Shown piece after piece: positions 21,988 to 33,839 of a DNA stretch of 64,000 bases; position 1 is the stretch's first letter, and each line of letters starts with the position of its first letter. Both the position numbers and the translations under genes were made by a program. The notes beneath the pieces were generated by a model. That model was not told where the DNA came from and ran no database searches. It saw only the letters and a program-made list of their open reading frames with translations. The stretch is taken from positions 56,683-120,682 of the forward strand of contig CAWJTV010000043.1 of NCBI GenBank assembly GCA_963845755.1, given 5' to 3'. This stretch comes from an uncultured Planctomycetota bacterium. Its GTDB lineage: Bacteria; Planctomycetota; Planctomycetia; Isosphaerales; Isosphaeraceae.

Positions 21988-24900
21988 ATGATCGAGTCCG
22001 TCATCGAATGGTCGATCCGCAACCGCTTCCTCGTGATCCTGGCCTCTCTGCTGCTCGGGGTCGCGGGTGTGCACGCGATGCTCACAACGCCCGTCGACGC
22101 GATCCCGGACCTCTCAGAAAACCAGGTGATCGTCTTCGCTGACTGGATGGGCCGGAGCCCGCAGGAGATTGAGGATCAGGTGACCTATCCGCTCTCGTCG
22201 AAGCTCCAGGGGCTGGCGGGTGTGAAGGTGGTCCGGTCGTCGAGCGAATTCAACTTCTCGATGATCACAATCATCTTCGATGATCGCACCGACTATTACT
22301 TCGCCCGCCAGCGGGTCCTCGAACGGCTGGCCACGATCGCGCCGGAGATGCCGGCGGGCGTCGTCCCCTACATGGCTCCCGACGCCACGGCCGTCGGCCA
22401 GATTTTCTGGTACACCGTCGAAGGAGAAGGCAACGATCTCGGTGAGCTGCGTTCGATTCAGGACTGGTATGTGCGTTACCAGCTCACGAGTGTACCGGGT
22501 GTGGCGGAGGTCGCCTCCGTCGGCGGTGCGCCGAAGGAATACCAGATCGATCTCGACCCCAACAAGCTCCGGGCCTATGGCATCAGTTTGGGCCAGGTCG
22601 ACGCGGCCGTCGCGCGGTCGAACTCGTCTGTCGGCGGTCGGGTTATCCACCAGGGGAAAGCCGAATTCCTGATCCGATCCATCGGCTGGATCGAGAAGCT
22701 CGACGACATCCGCGAGACCGTGGTGAGCCGGGGTCGGAACGGCACGCCGATCCGAGTGGGAGACCTGGGCACCGTGCAGACCGGTCCGACGTTCCGCCGG
22801 AGCGTGCTCGAGAAGGACGGCAGGGAGGTCGTCGGTGGCGTGGTCCTGATGCGATACGGTGAGAACCCGCTCGAGGTCACCCGGCGCATCAAGGAGAAGA
22901 TCACTACGCTCCTGGCGGGGCTGCCCCCGGGCGTGCGGATCGTCCCGTTCTACGACCGCACGCCGCTGATCCACCGTGCAATCGAGACCGTCAGTGGGAC
23001 GGTGAAGGAAGAGCTGCTCGTCTGCACGATCGCGATCCTGCTGGTCATGGGGCACATCGGCAACGCGTTCGTCGTCGCGGTAACGCTGCCGATGGCGATC
23101 CTCTTCAGCTTCATCATGATGCGGCTATTCGGCCTGTCGTCGAACATCATGAGCCTGGCCGGGATCTCGATCTCGGTCGGCATCCTGATTGACCAGGCGG
23201 TCGTTATGGGTGAGAATGCCGCCCATCATCTCACGCGACGGTTCGGCCGAGAACCGATCCGGGGCGATACGACCGAAATCGTGATCGCGGCATGCCGCAC
23301 GGTAGGCCGGCCGATCTTTTTCTCGGTACTGATCACGATCGTATCGTTCCTGCCGGTCTTCGCGCTTACCGGCCGCGAGGGGAAGATGTTCCACCCGCTG
23401 GCCTATACCAAGACGTTCGCCCTGGTCGGCGTGGCCCTGCTCTCGATCACTCTCGTTCCGGCCTTGATCCCGATCTTTCTGAAGGGTCGGATCAAGTCGG
23501 AAGACGAGAACTGGCTGGTCCGTACGATGATCGAGATCTTCCGGCCCATGCTCGCGTGGCTGATGGATCGGCCCCGTCTGGTCTGCTGGCTGTTCGCGGT
23601 CATTGTCGGGCTGGGCTACGTCGCCTCGACGAAACTCGGCCGCGAGTTCATGCCCGACCTGGACGAGCAGAGCATCATGGACATGCCGACGACCGTGCCG
23701 CGGGCGTCGATCGCCCAGGTGACCGACGACCTGAAGGTCCGCGACCAGATCCTGCGCGGGTTTCCCGAGGTCTGGCAAGTCGTCGGCAAGGCAGGACGGG
23801 CCGAGACCCCGACCGACACGGCGCCTCTGGACATGATCGAGACCGTGATCAACCTGAGAGACCGCTCGGTCTGGCCGAAGCGCAAACTGAAGTTCGAGGA
23901 TGTCGTCCACCAGACGCGTGACGCGCTCAGAGCGCTCGAATCCAGGGGCCTACTGCACGCGATGGATTCGACCGAGCGGCGCGAGACCCTGATCAATGCA
24001 GCAGCCATGAACGTCGCCGTCGCCGTGGACGGAGTCCTCCGCGGCCTGGCCGTCCAGCGGTTGGCGGAGTATCGCACCGAGCTGGGGCGCACCCTGGTGG
24101 GCGAGGCCCTGAAGGCTCTGCTCGAGCGAATCGATCCCGGGACGATTCTCCATCAACCCACCGGCGCCGATCGGGAGGCGATCCTCGAACCGCTGACGAA
24201 GACTTACGGCGACCGCCTCGCCACCGAGGTCCTCGGCGACGATGTCAGCGCGCTGATCAACGATATGTCCCGACGATTAGTGTCGCTGGGCGTGCTCCGC
24301 GATCGGCCCGATCTGCTAGCCCCTCTGTCGTCTGGTCTGGAACGGGCCGTCGAGTCGGCCGGCGAAGCCCTCGGCTTTGGTCGTCCAACCCTCTTCACCC
24401 TGACCGCCGACCACCTGGCCGCCGAGCACGCGCGACGGCTGGAAGAGCGGATGACGTCGCTCAACTGGGAGCTCTTCGATCGTGCGGTGGGCACGACGAC
24501 CTGGACGGCCCTGGAGGAGTTGACGAGGCTCCAGTCAGGCCCAGATGGGGAGGAAACCGTGGTCCTGGCGAGCGGTGTCGCCCCCGCTGCCACGAGGACC
24601 GGTGAGAAGGGTCTTCCTGAAGGCCACTCGCCAGCGGAGAAACAACGCAGGGCGATCCGCGCCGAACTGGAGAAACCGTTCGCCAAACGGCTCCTGCTCG
24701 GGAAGAAGACGAAGAACGACCTGGTCGAGGAGATGAACACGGCATTGCAGATGCCCGGATGGGGCAACAGCTTCACCCAGCCAATCGCCGCTCGGATCGA
24801 AATGCTCTCGACCGGCGTGCGAATGCCGGTGGCCGTGAAGGTCTTCGGCTCGAAGCTCGACGAGATCCAGCGCGTGGTCCAGGAAATCGCCGGAGTACTG

Positions 24901-26132
24901 CGAGCCGTACGCGGGGCGACCGATGTCTTCCCGGACCAGATCACCGGCAAGGGCTATGTCGAGATCCGCATCGATCGCGCCGCGCGGCACGATATGGGAT
25001 CAACGTCGGCGATGTGCAAGACGTCGTCGAGACGGCGATGGGAGGGAGGCCCGTGACGCAAACCGTCGAAGGACGCGAGCGGTATCCGGTCCGAATCCGT
25101 TACGCCCGCGACTACCGAGACGACGTGGAAGCCCTGAAGAACATCCTCGTTTCGACCGGCCCGATCGGTCCGTCGCGTGGGATGGGTACCATGCCGACTG
25201 AAAGCGAACCGGGCAACAACCGATCAAGCTCGGCCCCGGTCCCCCTCGCCGCGGTGGCCGACGTACGTGTCGTCGAGGGTCCGTCGATGATCAAGAGCGA
25301 GAATGGGATGCTTCGCGCTTATATCCAGCTCCGGGTTCGCGAGGAGCGCGACGAGGTCGGCTTCGTCAACGAGGCACGACGGGTGGTCGCGGAGAAGGTC
25401 AAGCTGCCGGCGGGGGTGTACCTGGAGTGGTCCGGCACCTTCGAGCACCAGGTCCGCGCCCAGCAGACGCTCCGCCTGGTCTTCCCGGCGGTGATCGCCA
25501 CGATCCTGATCATCCTCTACCTGACTCACAAGAGCTGGACCGACGCGCTGCTCATGATGACGAGCGTGCTCGGGGCGCTGGCCGGCGGGGCGATCTTCCA
25601 ATGGCTCTTCGGCTTCAAGTTCAGCGTGGCGGTGCAGGTCGGCTACATCGCCTGCTTCGGCATGGCGGTGGAGACGGGCGTCGTGATGCTGGTCTACCTC
25701 CGCGAGGCGATTGAGGAGCGCGGGGGATTGGGCGCGATCGGCTCGGTGGCCGAGCTGCGTCAGGCCATCCTGGAGGGCGCGATACATCGCCTGCGGCCCA
25801 AGCTGCTGACCGAGGGCGCAGCCATCCTTTCGATCGCCCCGATGCTCTGGGCCAGCGGCGTTGGTTCCGAGGTGATCCGTCCCATGGCCGCTCCAGTGCT
25901 CGGCGGCCTCCTGATCGCCGACGAGGTGATCGACGTGTTCCTGCCAGTGCTGTATTTCGCCGTGCAGAAACGGCTGTGGCGCAAACGGCATGGAGTCAGT
26001 CTCCTCGACGAGCTGGCCGCGTCGCGCGAGCCAGATCGTCCCGTCGTATCATGTGGCGCACCAGTAGAAGTACCTCCGGGCGAGGTGGACCTCCTTGGCC
26101 GCAGTCCCGCCCGATCGGGTTCCGCCGACTGA
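21988..26132 (+). CDS. cusA: CusA/CzcA heavy-metal RND permease with a large periplasmic insertion, indel at ~24977
   Basis: PVDAIPDLSENQVIV, YFARQRVLERL, PDATAVGQIFWY, MPTT.P, GRAETPTD.APL.MIET, RLRPKLLT. Confidence 0.92.
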
Positions 26133-26822
26133 TCCTCTTTCTTCACGTCCATCACAACTCGTGGCACCGGCCGTCGCCGAGGCCAAGGGGAGGGCGACCG
26201 CGATCTCGAGGTGGGTTACCTGTTCGAGGTCGTTGTATCAGATTAACCGTGAGCCCCAGTGTCAGTCTGACCTGGACGTTTCTTCGTACGCGCACTCGTT
26301 GCCTCCCGCTTGGCGGGTGAGCATGTTCTGCTGATTGGCTTCTCCACAACTGCTGCCCGCCATTCGCGTCTGTTTGGTTTGTTAACTGTCGGTTCGACCG
26401 AACCGTCCGATCTGGGGCGAGCACCCTGGCTAATCTACCGGTACGAAAAATTTTTCGAAAAAATTATATCCCTGCAATATAAGGACTTAAGCCAATAATC
26501 CTGCCCGTTCTTGCCGGTATGCGTTCTCGTTTTTTTAAAGTTGCGGCATCCTGTAAGTAAGAGGCCTTCGTACTCGCGTCCTGGGAGGTCGTCTGCAAGC
26601 GCCGTTCGCCGCGATTGATGTGCCGCGTCGGTACCCGCACGCACGCGGTAATATTGGGTCCACCCAGCGATGGCCATCCGCCTAACACGACAGCTTGAAC
26701 GGTTGCACGAAACCATGCGTGGAATCTTCGAGAATTCTTCAACCAGACCAATCGACATTGGGGGCAGCGCGAAATCGAACTTACGGACCCAAGGACCACG
26801 AGCAGCAAGATTCAGTAGTCGC

Positions 26823-26946
26823 AAAACGAAGCCAACCCCCCGCGCAGCCAGCCCCACAACCCCTAAAACGAAGCCAACTTTCCGCGCAGACCGCCCCAAA
26901 TCTCTCAAAACGAAGCCAATCCTCCGCACAGACCACCTAACTCTCA
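26823..26946 (+). repeat. Three ~42 bp tandem repeats headed by AAAACGAAGCCAA
   Basis: AAAACGAAGCCAA at 26823, 26865 and 26907, each followed by ..CCGC(G/A)CAG. Confidence 0.8.
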
Positions 26947-27293
26947 AATCCGCACAAATCGGTAATCTCAACTCAACAGGCTAAAGGGCACCGACCACTC
27001 CAGCCCGCAAATTCCTCTCAATCGGAAGAATTTCCAAGACGCGGCGCTTCGGGAACGGCCGACCCAGTTCTGAATCGGCCCCGCCCAGCGTCGCCAGGAT
27101 CCCGGCGATCCGTCTCAGTCAAAATGTGGGTATGCTAGATTGCATGGTTTTGTCGAACGCGATCCGTGGTTGGAAATTCACCCGAAATCACCCGAAGCAC
27201 AGAGACCGACGCGACCCGCCCAAGCGGGGATTGGCGGGGCTCTGAACTCTGGCTGACCGCCAGACACCGATTCGACTGAGAGGACGCGGTGGC

Positions 27294-27347
27294 TTGCCCG
27301 ACCGATCACAGTCTGCTAATATTGGTCTTCGATATCGGAGCTCGATA
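27294..27347 (+). promoter_or_regulatory. sigma70-like promoter and palindromic operator of the PadR gene
   Basis: TTGCCC-17 nt-(TGc)TAATAT; TATCG-N5-CGATA dyad at 27333-27347 just before the ATG. Confidence 0.55.
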
Positions 27348-27350
27348 CAG

Positions 27351-27725
27351 ATGAGCGCGTTGCTTACCAAGATGTTCTGGGGCGGCTTCGTGCGGATGCA
27401 CGTGCTGTACCACGCCGTCAAAGGGCCCATCTTCGGCCTGGAGATGATGGCCGAGCTGCGCCGCCACGGCTACGAGATCGGCGCCGGGACGCTCTATCCG
27501 ATGCTCCACCAGCTCGAGGCCGCCGGCTACCTGAATTCCTACACCGAGGTCGTGACGGGCAAGCAGCGGAAGTATTACCGGGCAACGCCGGAGGGCGCGG
27601 CCGCCCTGGAGTCCACCAAGACCAAGCTCGGCGAACTGGTCGCCGAGGTGCTTCACGATCAACCGGCCGGATCTTCGATCCCATCCGACGAGTGCACGGG
27701 AGTCCGGCAAGACGCAAAGTCCTGA
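27351..27725 (+). CDS. PadR-family transcriptional regulator
   Basis: HVLYHA...GLEMMAEL.RHGY.IG.GTLYPMLH.LE..GYL...RKYY..T..G. Confidence 0.9.
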   Translation: MSALLTKMFWGGFVRMHVLYHAVKGPIFGLEMMAELRRHGYEIGAGTLYPMLHQLEAAGYLNSYTEVVTGKQRKYYRATPEGAAALESTKTKLGELVAEVLHDQPAGSSIPSDECTGVRQDAKS

Positions 27726-27747
27726 GTGCGAAAAAGTGAGGAATGAC

Positions 27748-28291
27748 ATGATGATCCGAGGTCACATGATCTTGGCCGTTCTCGCCCTCCTCGCGGTGAC
27801 GGCATCGAGCGGGTGCGAGAGCGCAGCTGCCCGCCGCACCGCCACAAGAGGACATGACTGCCAAGTTGAAAGCCCTCGAGGATCTGATCCCCTCGCAGTC
27901 GCACATGATGGCAGACGTCGGCGAACACTTCGCCAACCTGTGGTTTGCCGGAACGGCCGAGAACTGGGCACTCGCCGACTTCTACCTGGCGGAGTCCCGA
28001 TCGCATCTCCGCTGGGCCGTACGCCGCATCCCGATCCGCAAGGATAACCGGGGCCGAGACGTCAACCTGGAGAACATCCTTCAGGCCTTCGAGAACAGCC
28101 AGCTCACCCAACTGAAGAAGACGATCGACGGCAAGGGCAAGGCCGCGTTCGAGGCGACCTATAAGGAAAGTTTGACCGTGTGCTACTCCTGCCACAAGGC
28201 CGCCGACAAGCCCTACCTCCGGCCGCGGGTCCCCACCGAGGCACCCGCGCGCATCATGAATTTCGATCCCAAGGCCGACTGGCCCTTCTGA
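27748..28291 (+). CDS. Secreted monoheme c-type cytochrome, cytochrome c'-like (indel ~27812)
   Basis: Signal peptide in one frame, then a helical body with a near-C-terminal CYSCH motif. Confidence 0.65.
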
Positions 28292-28309
28292 ATAAAGCGA
28301 ACAAGCCCC

Positions 28310-31300
28310 ATGAACCCCATCGTCTTTGCCATGCGGCGGCCGATGACCGTGATGGTGCTCGTGGTTGCCGTGGCGCTGGGCAGTGGCCTGGCCGTGACGC
28401 GGATGTCGATCGACATCTTCCCCAACCTGAACCTCCCCGTCGTCTACGTGTGCCAGCCCTACGGCGGCATGGACCCGGCGCAGATGGAGGGGCTGCTCAC
28501 CAACTACTACGAATACCATTTCTTGTACATTTCCGGCATCCACCACGTTGAGAGCCGCAACGTCCAGGGCATGGCGGTGATGAAGCTCTTCTTCCATCCC
28601 GGCACCAATATGGCGCAGGCCATGGCCGAGACGATCGGCTATGTGACTCGCTCGCGCGCCTTCATGCCCCCGGGCACGGTTTCGCCGTTCATCACGCGGT
28701 TCGACGCCGGCAGCGTGCCGGTGGGTTACCTGGTGCTCCGGAGCGAGACGAAATCGATCGGCGAGATCCAGGACCAGGCACTGTTCAAGGTGCGGCCGAT
28801 GTTCGCGAGCCTGCCCGGCGTCTCCGCGCCGCCGCCGTTCGGTGGTAACCAGCGCACGGTGGTCGTGCGGGCCGACCCCGATCGACTCCGTTCGTATTCC
28901 ATCTCGCCCGACGAGCTCATCACGGCCCTGACCAACGGCAATACGATCAGTCCTTCGGGGAACGTCCGCATCGGCAAGCTGATGCCGATCGTCCCGATCA
29001 ACTCGCTGGTCCGCGACGTCAAGGAGCTGGAGAGCATCCCGATTCGCATCGGGACCAATCCGTCGGTCTATATTCGCGATGTAGCCACGGTGCAGGACTC
29101 CAACGATATCCCCGCCGGCTATGCCCTCGTCAACGGCCGCCGTGCGGTCTACATCCTGGTCACCAAGCGGGCCGACGCATCGACAATCTCGGTGGTGAGC
29201 AACGTCAAAGCGGCGTTACCCAAGATGCAAGCCGTTCTTCCCGACGATATCCGTGTCAGTTTCGAGTTCGACCAGTCCCCCACCGTGACCAATGCGGTAC
29301 GCAGTCTCGCCACCGAAGGAGCCCTCGGCGCCGTCCTGACCGGGCTGATGGTTCTGATCTTCCTCCGCGATTGGCGGAGCGTGATTGTCGTCGTCCTCAA
29401 TATCCCGTTCGCCATCTGCGGTGCGCTGGTTGCCCTCTGGCTCACAGGCCAGACGATCAACTTGATGACCCTCGGAGGACTGGCGCTGGCCATAGGCATC
29501 CTGGTCGACGAGGCGACGGTCGAGATAGAGAACATCCACCATCAGATGGAAGGGACCCGGTCGATCGCCTCGGCCGTTCGACTCGGGAACCAGGACACGG
29601 CGGTCCCCCGGCTGCTGGCGATGCTCTGCATCCTCGCGGTCTTCTTGCCGTCGTTCTTCATGCAAGGTGCGGCGCAGGCGCTGTTTGTCCCACTCTCGCT
29701 GGCCGTCGGGTTCGCCATGGTTTCCTCGTACCTGCTGTCGAGTACCTTCGTCCCCGTGCTTTCGAGCTGGCTACTCCGTGGTCGTCAACGGCGCAGTGAT
29801 TCGTCTCGGCGGACGCTGTTTGAGCGCCACGATCCACGCCTACAGCCGGGCTCTCTCACGAATCGTCGCCTGGCGGTGGTTCGTCGTGCCGGCCTATCTG
29901 ATCGTGGTCGCGATGGCCATCGTCGGCGTGGGCCGGGACCTGGGTCTCGAGATCTTTCCGAAGGTAGACGCCGGGCGCTTCCAGCTCCGGATGCGCGCGC
30001 CTACCGGGACGCGGATTGAGGAGACCGAGAAGCTCGCCCTCCAGACACTCGAGACGATCCGGAACGAGGTGGGGGCAGACCACGTGGAGATCTCCGTAGG
30101 ATACGTCGGGCTCATCCCCTCGAGCTACCCGATCAACGCGATTTTCCAGTGGACGGGTGGCCCTGAGGAAGTCGTGCTCCGGGTGGCCCTGAAACGAGAA
30201 AGGACTGTTGCGCTGGAGGGACTCAAGGAGCGTCTACGAACCGTCCTTGCCCGGACGATGCCCGAGGTTCGGTTTTCCTTCGAGCCGGCCGATATCGTCA
30301 GCGAGGTCATGAGTTTCGGCTCGCCAACCCCCGTGGAATTCACGGTGAACGGGCCCAATCTTGCGGACAACCGGGCCTACGCGGAGCGAGTTCGAGCGGA
30401 GCTGGCGAAGGTCGCCTCACTGCGCGACCTGCAATTCGCCCAGACCCTGGATTATCCCACGGTCAGCGTACAGGTCAACCGCGAGAAGGCCGGGCTGAGC
30501 GGCGTCTCGGTTGCCGAGATCGCCCGTTCCCTGGTCGCCGCGACGTCGTCCAGTCGCTTCGTCGTCCCCAATTACTGGCCCGATGCCAAGACCGGCATCG
30601 GCTACCAGGTGCAGGTTGAGATCCCGTACCAGGTCATGGACTCCATCATCGGAGTCGAGACGATCCCGATCGCACACCCAGGCGGCGAGCCCCTCCTGCT
30701 CCGCGACGTCGCTAGGGTCAGCCCGGGAATCATGCCCGGTGAGTACGACCGCTACAACATGAAGCGCGTGGTGAGCCTCACCGCGAACATCGCGAGCGAG
30801 GACCTGGGACAGGTCGCCGGCCACGTGGATCGAGCTATCACCATGGCCGGCGAACCGCCAAAGGGAGCGACCGTCGAGGTTCGCGGCCAGATCGCCCCGA
30901 TGAAGGAGATCCTCCGCGGCCTCGCGATTGGCCTGGCGATGACCATCATCGTCATCATGCTGCTCCTGACGGCCAACTTCCAGTCGGTCCGGCTGGCGCT
31001 CGTGGTCCTGTCGACCACCCCCGCGGTGGTAGCGGGCGTCGTATCTGCGCTGTGGCTGACCGGGACGACGATTAACCTCCAGTCGTTCATGGGGGCGATC
31101 ATGGCGATCGGCGTCGCGGTCGCCAACGCGATCCTCCTGATCACGTTTGCCGAGCGCCATCGCCGCACCCAAGGCTACACGTCTGACCGCGCGGCGGTCG
31201 CCGGTGCCCGGGGACGGCTCCGGCCGATCCTGATGACCAGTTGCGCCATGATCGCCGGGATGAGCCCGATGGCACTGGGATTGAGCGAGGGCAGCGAGCA

Positions 31301-31574
31301 GACCGCGCCACTGGCTCGAGCCGTCATCGGCGGTCTCGCCGCTGCGACCCTGGCGACCCTGTTCGTGCTCCCCACCGTCTTCGCGATTATCCAGGATGGC
31401 GCGGGACGGCAATCCGCATCGATCGACCCGGCCGATCCCGATAGCGCACATTACGAACCCGAACTCTGGGGCGAACGCTCCTCGGCCGTCGTCTCCTCCA
31501 ATGCCGAATCGACGAACCAAGGACTTTCTATGTTCCATCAATCCCCGGAATCGCAGATGACCACAAGAACCTGA
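28310..31574 (+). CDS. RND efflux permease (AcrB/CzcA superfamily), indel at ~29825
   Basis: [38 protein letters not shown]; ORFs 28310..30019 and 29667..31574 join. Confidence 0.9.
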
Positions 31575-31645
31575 AGTTGATTGCAAGTCACGCATCGCTT
31601 CCGAGTGTCGCTCGAGTCGCGGCACCCTTCCCGTGGAGTCCCACC

Positions 31646-32974
31646 ATGTCGCCAACAATCCCTCGAATCCTCATCGGGCTTGGGTCGCTCATCACCCTAT
31701 TGTTCATCACGGTCGGCTGTAACCAAGCGCTGACGGCCAGGGCCGACCAGGCGGCCGTCGCGCCTGTCATGCGAGTGGAGGTCGTGCGGCCCGAACGTGC
31801 GATGATACGCCGGTCCATTGAGGAGCCCGGACAGATCGAGCCGTACGAGGTGACCGAGATCCATGCCAAGGTCTCGGGCTACGTTCAACAGTGGAACGCG
31901 GACATCGGCGCCAAGGTCACCAAGGGTCAGGTGCTGGCCGTCCTGAGCGTGCCCGAACTCGATGCGGAAGCCGAGCAAAAACAGGCCCTGGCCGAGGAGT
32001 CCGAGGCCATGCTTGCGCAGGCCAAGGCGAATGAGGACGTTGCGCTGGCCAACCTGTACAGCACTCAGGCCAAGCTGGAAGAAGTGCGGGCCGGCATCAA
32101 GCGGGCCGATGCCGACCTCTCGCGCTGGCACGCCGAATACAAGCGCATCGAAGAACTCTTCCACCAGCGGGCGCAGACCGGCAGCCTCCTCGATGAGACA
32201 CGCAGCAAGCTCAAGTCGTCCGAGTCGGCGCGTGAGGAAGTTGAGGCCCAGATCCATACGGCCGATGCCGCCGTCCGCCAAGGGACAGCCATGCTCGCGA
32301 AGGCCCGCGCCGACGTGAAGGCCGCCGGGTCGAGAATCAAAGTCGCCAGGTCCGACGCCCGACGCACCGAGGCCTTCCGAACGTATTGCACGATCGTTGC
32401 ACCCTACGATGGAGTCGTCGCCCGACGGCACGTCAACGTCGGCGACCTGACCGAGACCGGGCCCCACGGCCAACCTCTGTTCCTCGTCGTTCGCGACGAC
32501 ATCGTGCGGATCATCGTCAGCGTGCCTGAGATGTATGCCCCGCAGGTCAACCCCGGTGACCGGGTCCTGATTCGCCTGCAAGCCCTCGCCGCCCAGCCCT
32601 TAGAGGGCAAGGTGACCCGAACCTCATGGATCCTCGACGCCAAGAACCGGACGATCCGCACAGAGATCGATGTCCCGAACCCCAAGGCAACACTGCGGCC
32701 CGGTCTCTACGCTTATGCGACTGTGATTGTAGACGAACATCCCGGCGCCATGACCGTGCCCAGTACCGCGCTGGTCCATGAGGATTCGAGAACGTACTGC
32801 GTCGTAGTCGTCGATGGGAAGGCGGTCCGGAAACCCATCACCGTGGGTCTGGAGGACAGTTCCCGCTCTGAGATCCTTTCTGGCCTCCGAGAAGACGATG
32901 CGGTCGTGAAAGCCTATGCGTCCTCACTAGCAAATGGACAACCTGTCCAGCCCACGATTCCCACCGGAAAATGA
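31646..32974 (+). CDS. RND periplasmic adaptor subunit
   Basis: AKVSGYV, GQVLA.L.VPEL, long alpha-hairpin, I.APYDGVV, LRPGLYA; probable lipobox TVGC. Confidence 0.9.
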   Translation: MSPTIPRILIGLGSLITLLFITVGCNQALTARADQAAVAPVMRVEVVRPERAMIRRSIEEPGQIEPYEVTEIHAKVSGYVQQWNADIGAKVTKGQVLAVLSVPELDAEAEQKQALAEESEAMLAQAKANEDVALANLYSTQAKLEEVRAGIKRADADLSRWHAEYKRIEELFHQRAQTGSLLDETRSKLKSSESAREEVEAQIHTADAAVRQGTAMLAKARADVKAAGSRIKVARSDARRTEAFRTYCTIVAPYDGVVARRHVNVGDLTETGPHGQPLFLVVRDDIVRIIVSVPEMYAPQVNPGDRVLIRLQALAAQPLEGKVTRTSWILDAKNRTIRTEIDVPNPKATLRPGLYAYATVIVDEHPGAMTVPSTALVHEDSRTYCVVVVDGKAVRKPITVGLEDSSRSEILSGLREDDAVVKAYASSLANGQPVQPTIPTGK

Positions 32975-33112
32975 CGCGGCGCTCGTGGCAGAAAGCGATG
33001 CCGTATTCCCCAACAGCGTCGCAGCGCGATCGCACTCCGCTTGACAGAGGCGACACAATCGTGAAATCTGTTCCTGGGGATCTCCGGTCGGGTCACACTC
33101 AAGGAGAATCCC

Positions 33113-33670
33113 ATGCGACTGAAGTTGGCAAAGGGCATCTCCGCGGTAGTGGTCTCCATCGTGACGGTGGGGACTCTACTCGCGGGAGATGCCGTTGAAT
33201 CGGGGCTGAAGGTCGGTGAAGCCGTCAACCCGTTCCAGGTTGACGACATCACTGGCCCGAACAAGGGCACGACCCTCTGCTACCGGTGAATGTATGGTTC
33301 GTGCCCGGTGGTCTGCGTCTTCGTCCGCAAGACCTCCGAGCCCTTGGCCAGTTTGGTCAAGCAGATCGATCGAAAGGTTGAAGCAAACGACCCGCTCAAG
33401 AGTTTCGTCGTGGTCATGACCAAAGAACCCGGCAAGATCCCGGAGGAACTCCGAAAGCTGGCGCAGGATGGTACGATCAAAAACGTTCCACTCACGATGT
33501 ACGGAGAACCCGGCGGGCCTCCCGACTACGAGTTGTCCAGGGATGCCGACATCACGGTCTTGATGTGGAAGAACGGTCAAGTCAAGATTAAACGCGCCTA
33601 CAAGGGCGATCTGACCGAGAAAGACATCGAGGCCATCGTGGCCGACATTCCCAAACTCCTCGGCGATTGA
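33113..33670 (+). CDS. Secreted thioredoxin/redoxin-like protein with an in-frame TGA (candidate selenocysteine) at 33287-33289
   Basis: AAGGAG RBS, ATG 33113, signal peptide, SGLKVGE.V.PF.V.DITGPNKGTTLCYR-TGA-MYGSCPVVCVFVRK continuing in frame into ORF 33290..33670. Confidence 0.7.
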
Positions 33671-33839
33671 ACGGAGGTGCCCTCCTGTCGGGGGGCAAGC
33701 CAATCCACCACTACCGACCCGACCAATGAATCCCTCGCGACCCGGGCGTGTGTCCCGGGTCGCGTCGTTTTGCCCTCGATTCAGGACCCCGTGGTCAAGA
33801 GATCCGTCCCCTCGGTCGAGCGGACGTTGCCGAAGGACG

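Noticed and set aside
23878..24705. Intein in CusA
   Set aside because: No Cys/Ser start, no His-Asn end, no LAGLIDADG motifs
26823..26946. Mini CRISPR array
   Set aside because: The constant part is only 13 bp and the 'spacers' resemble each other; it is a degenerate tandem repeat
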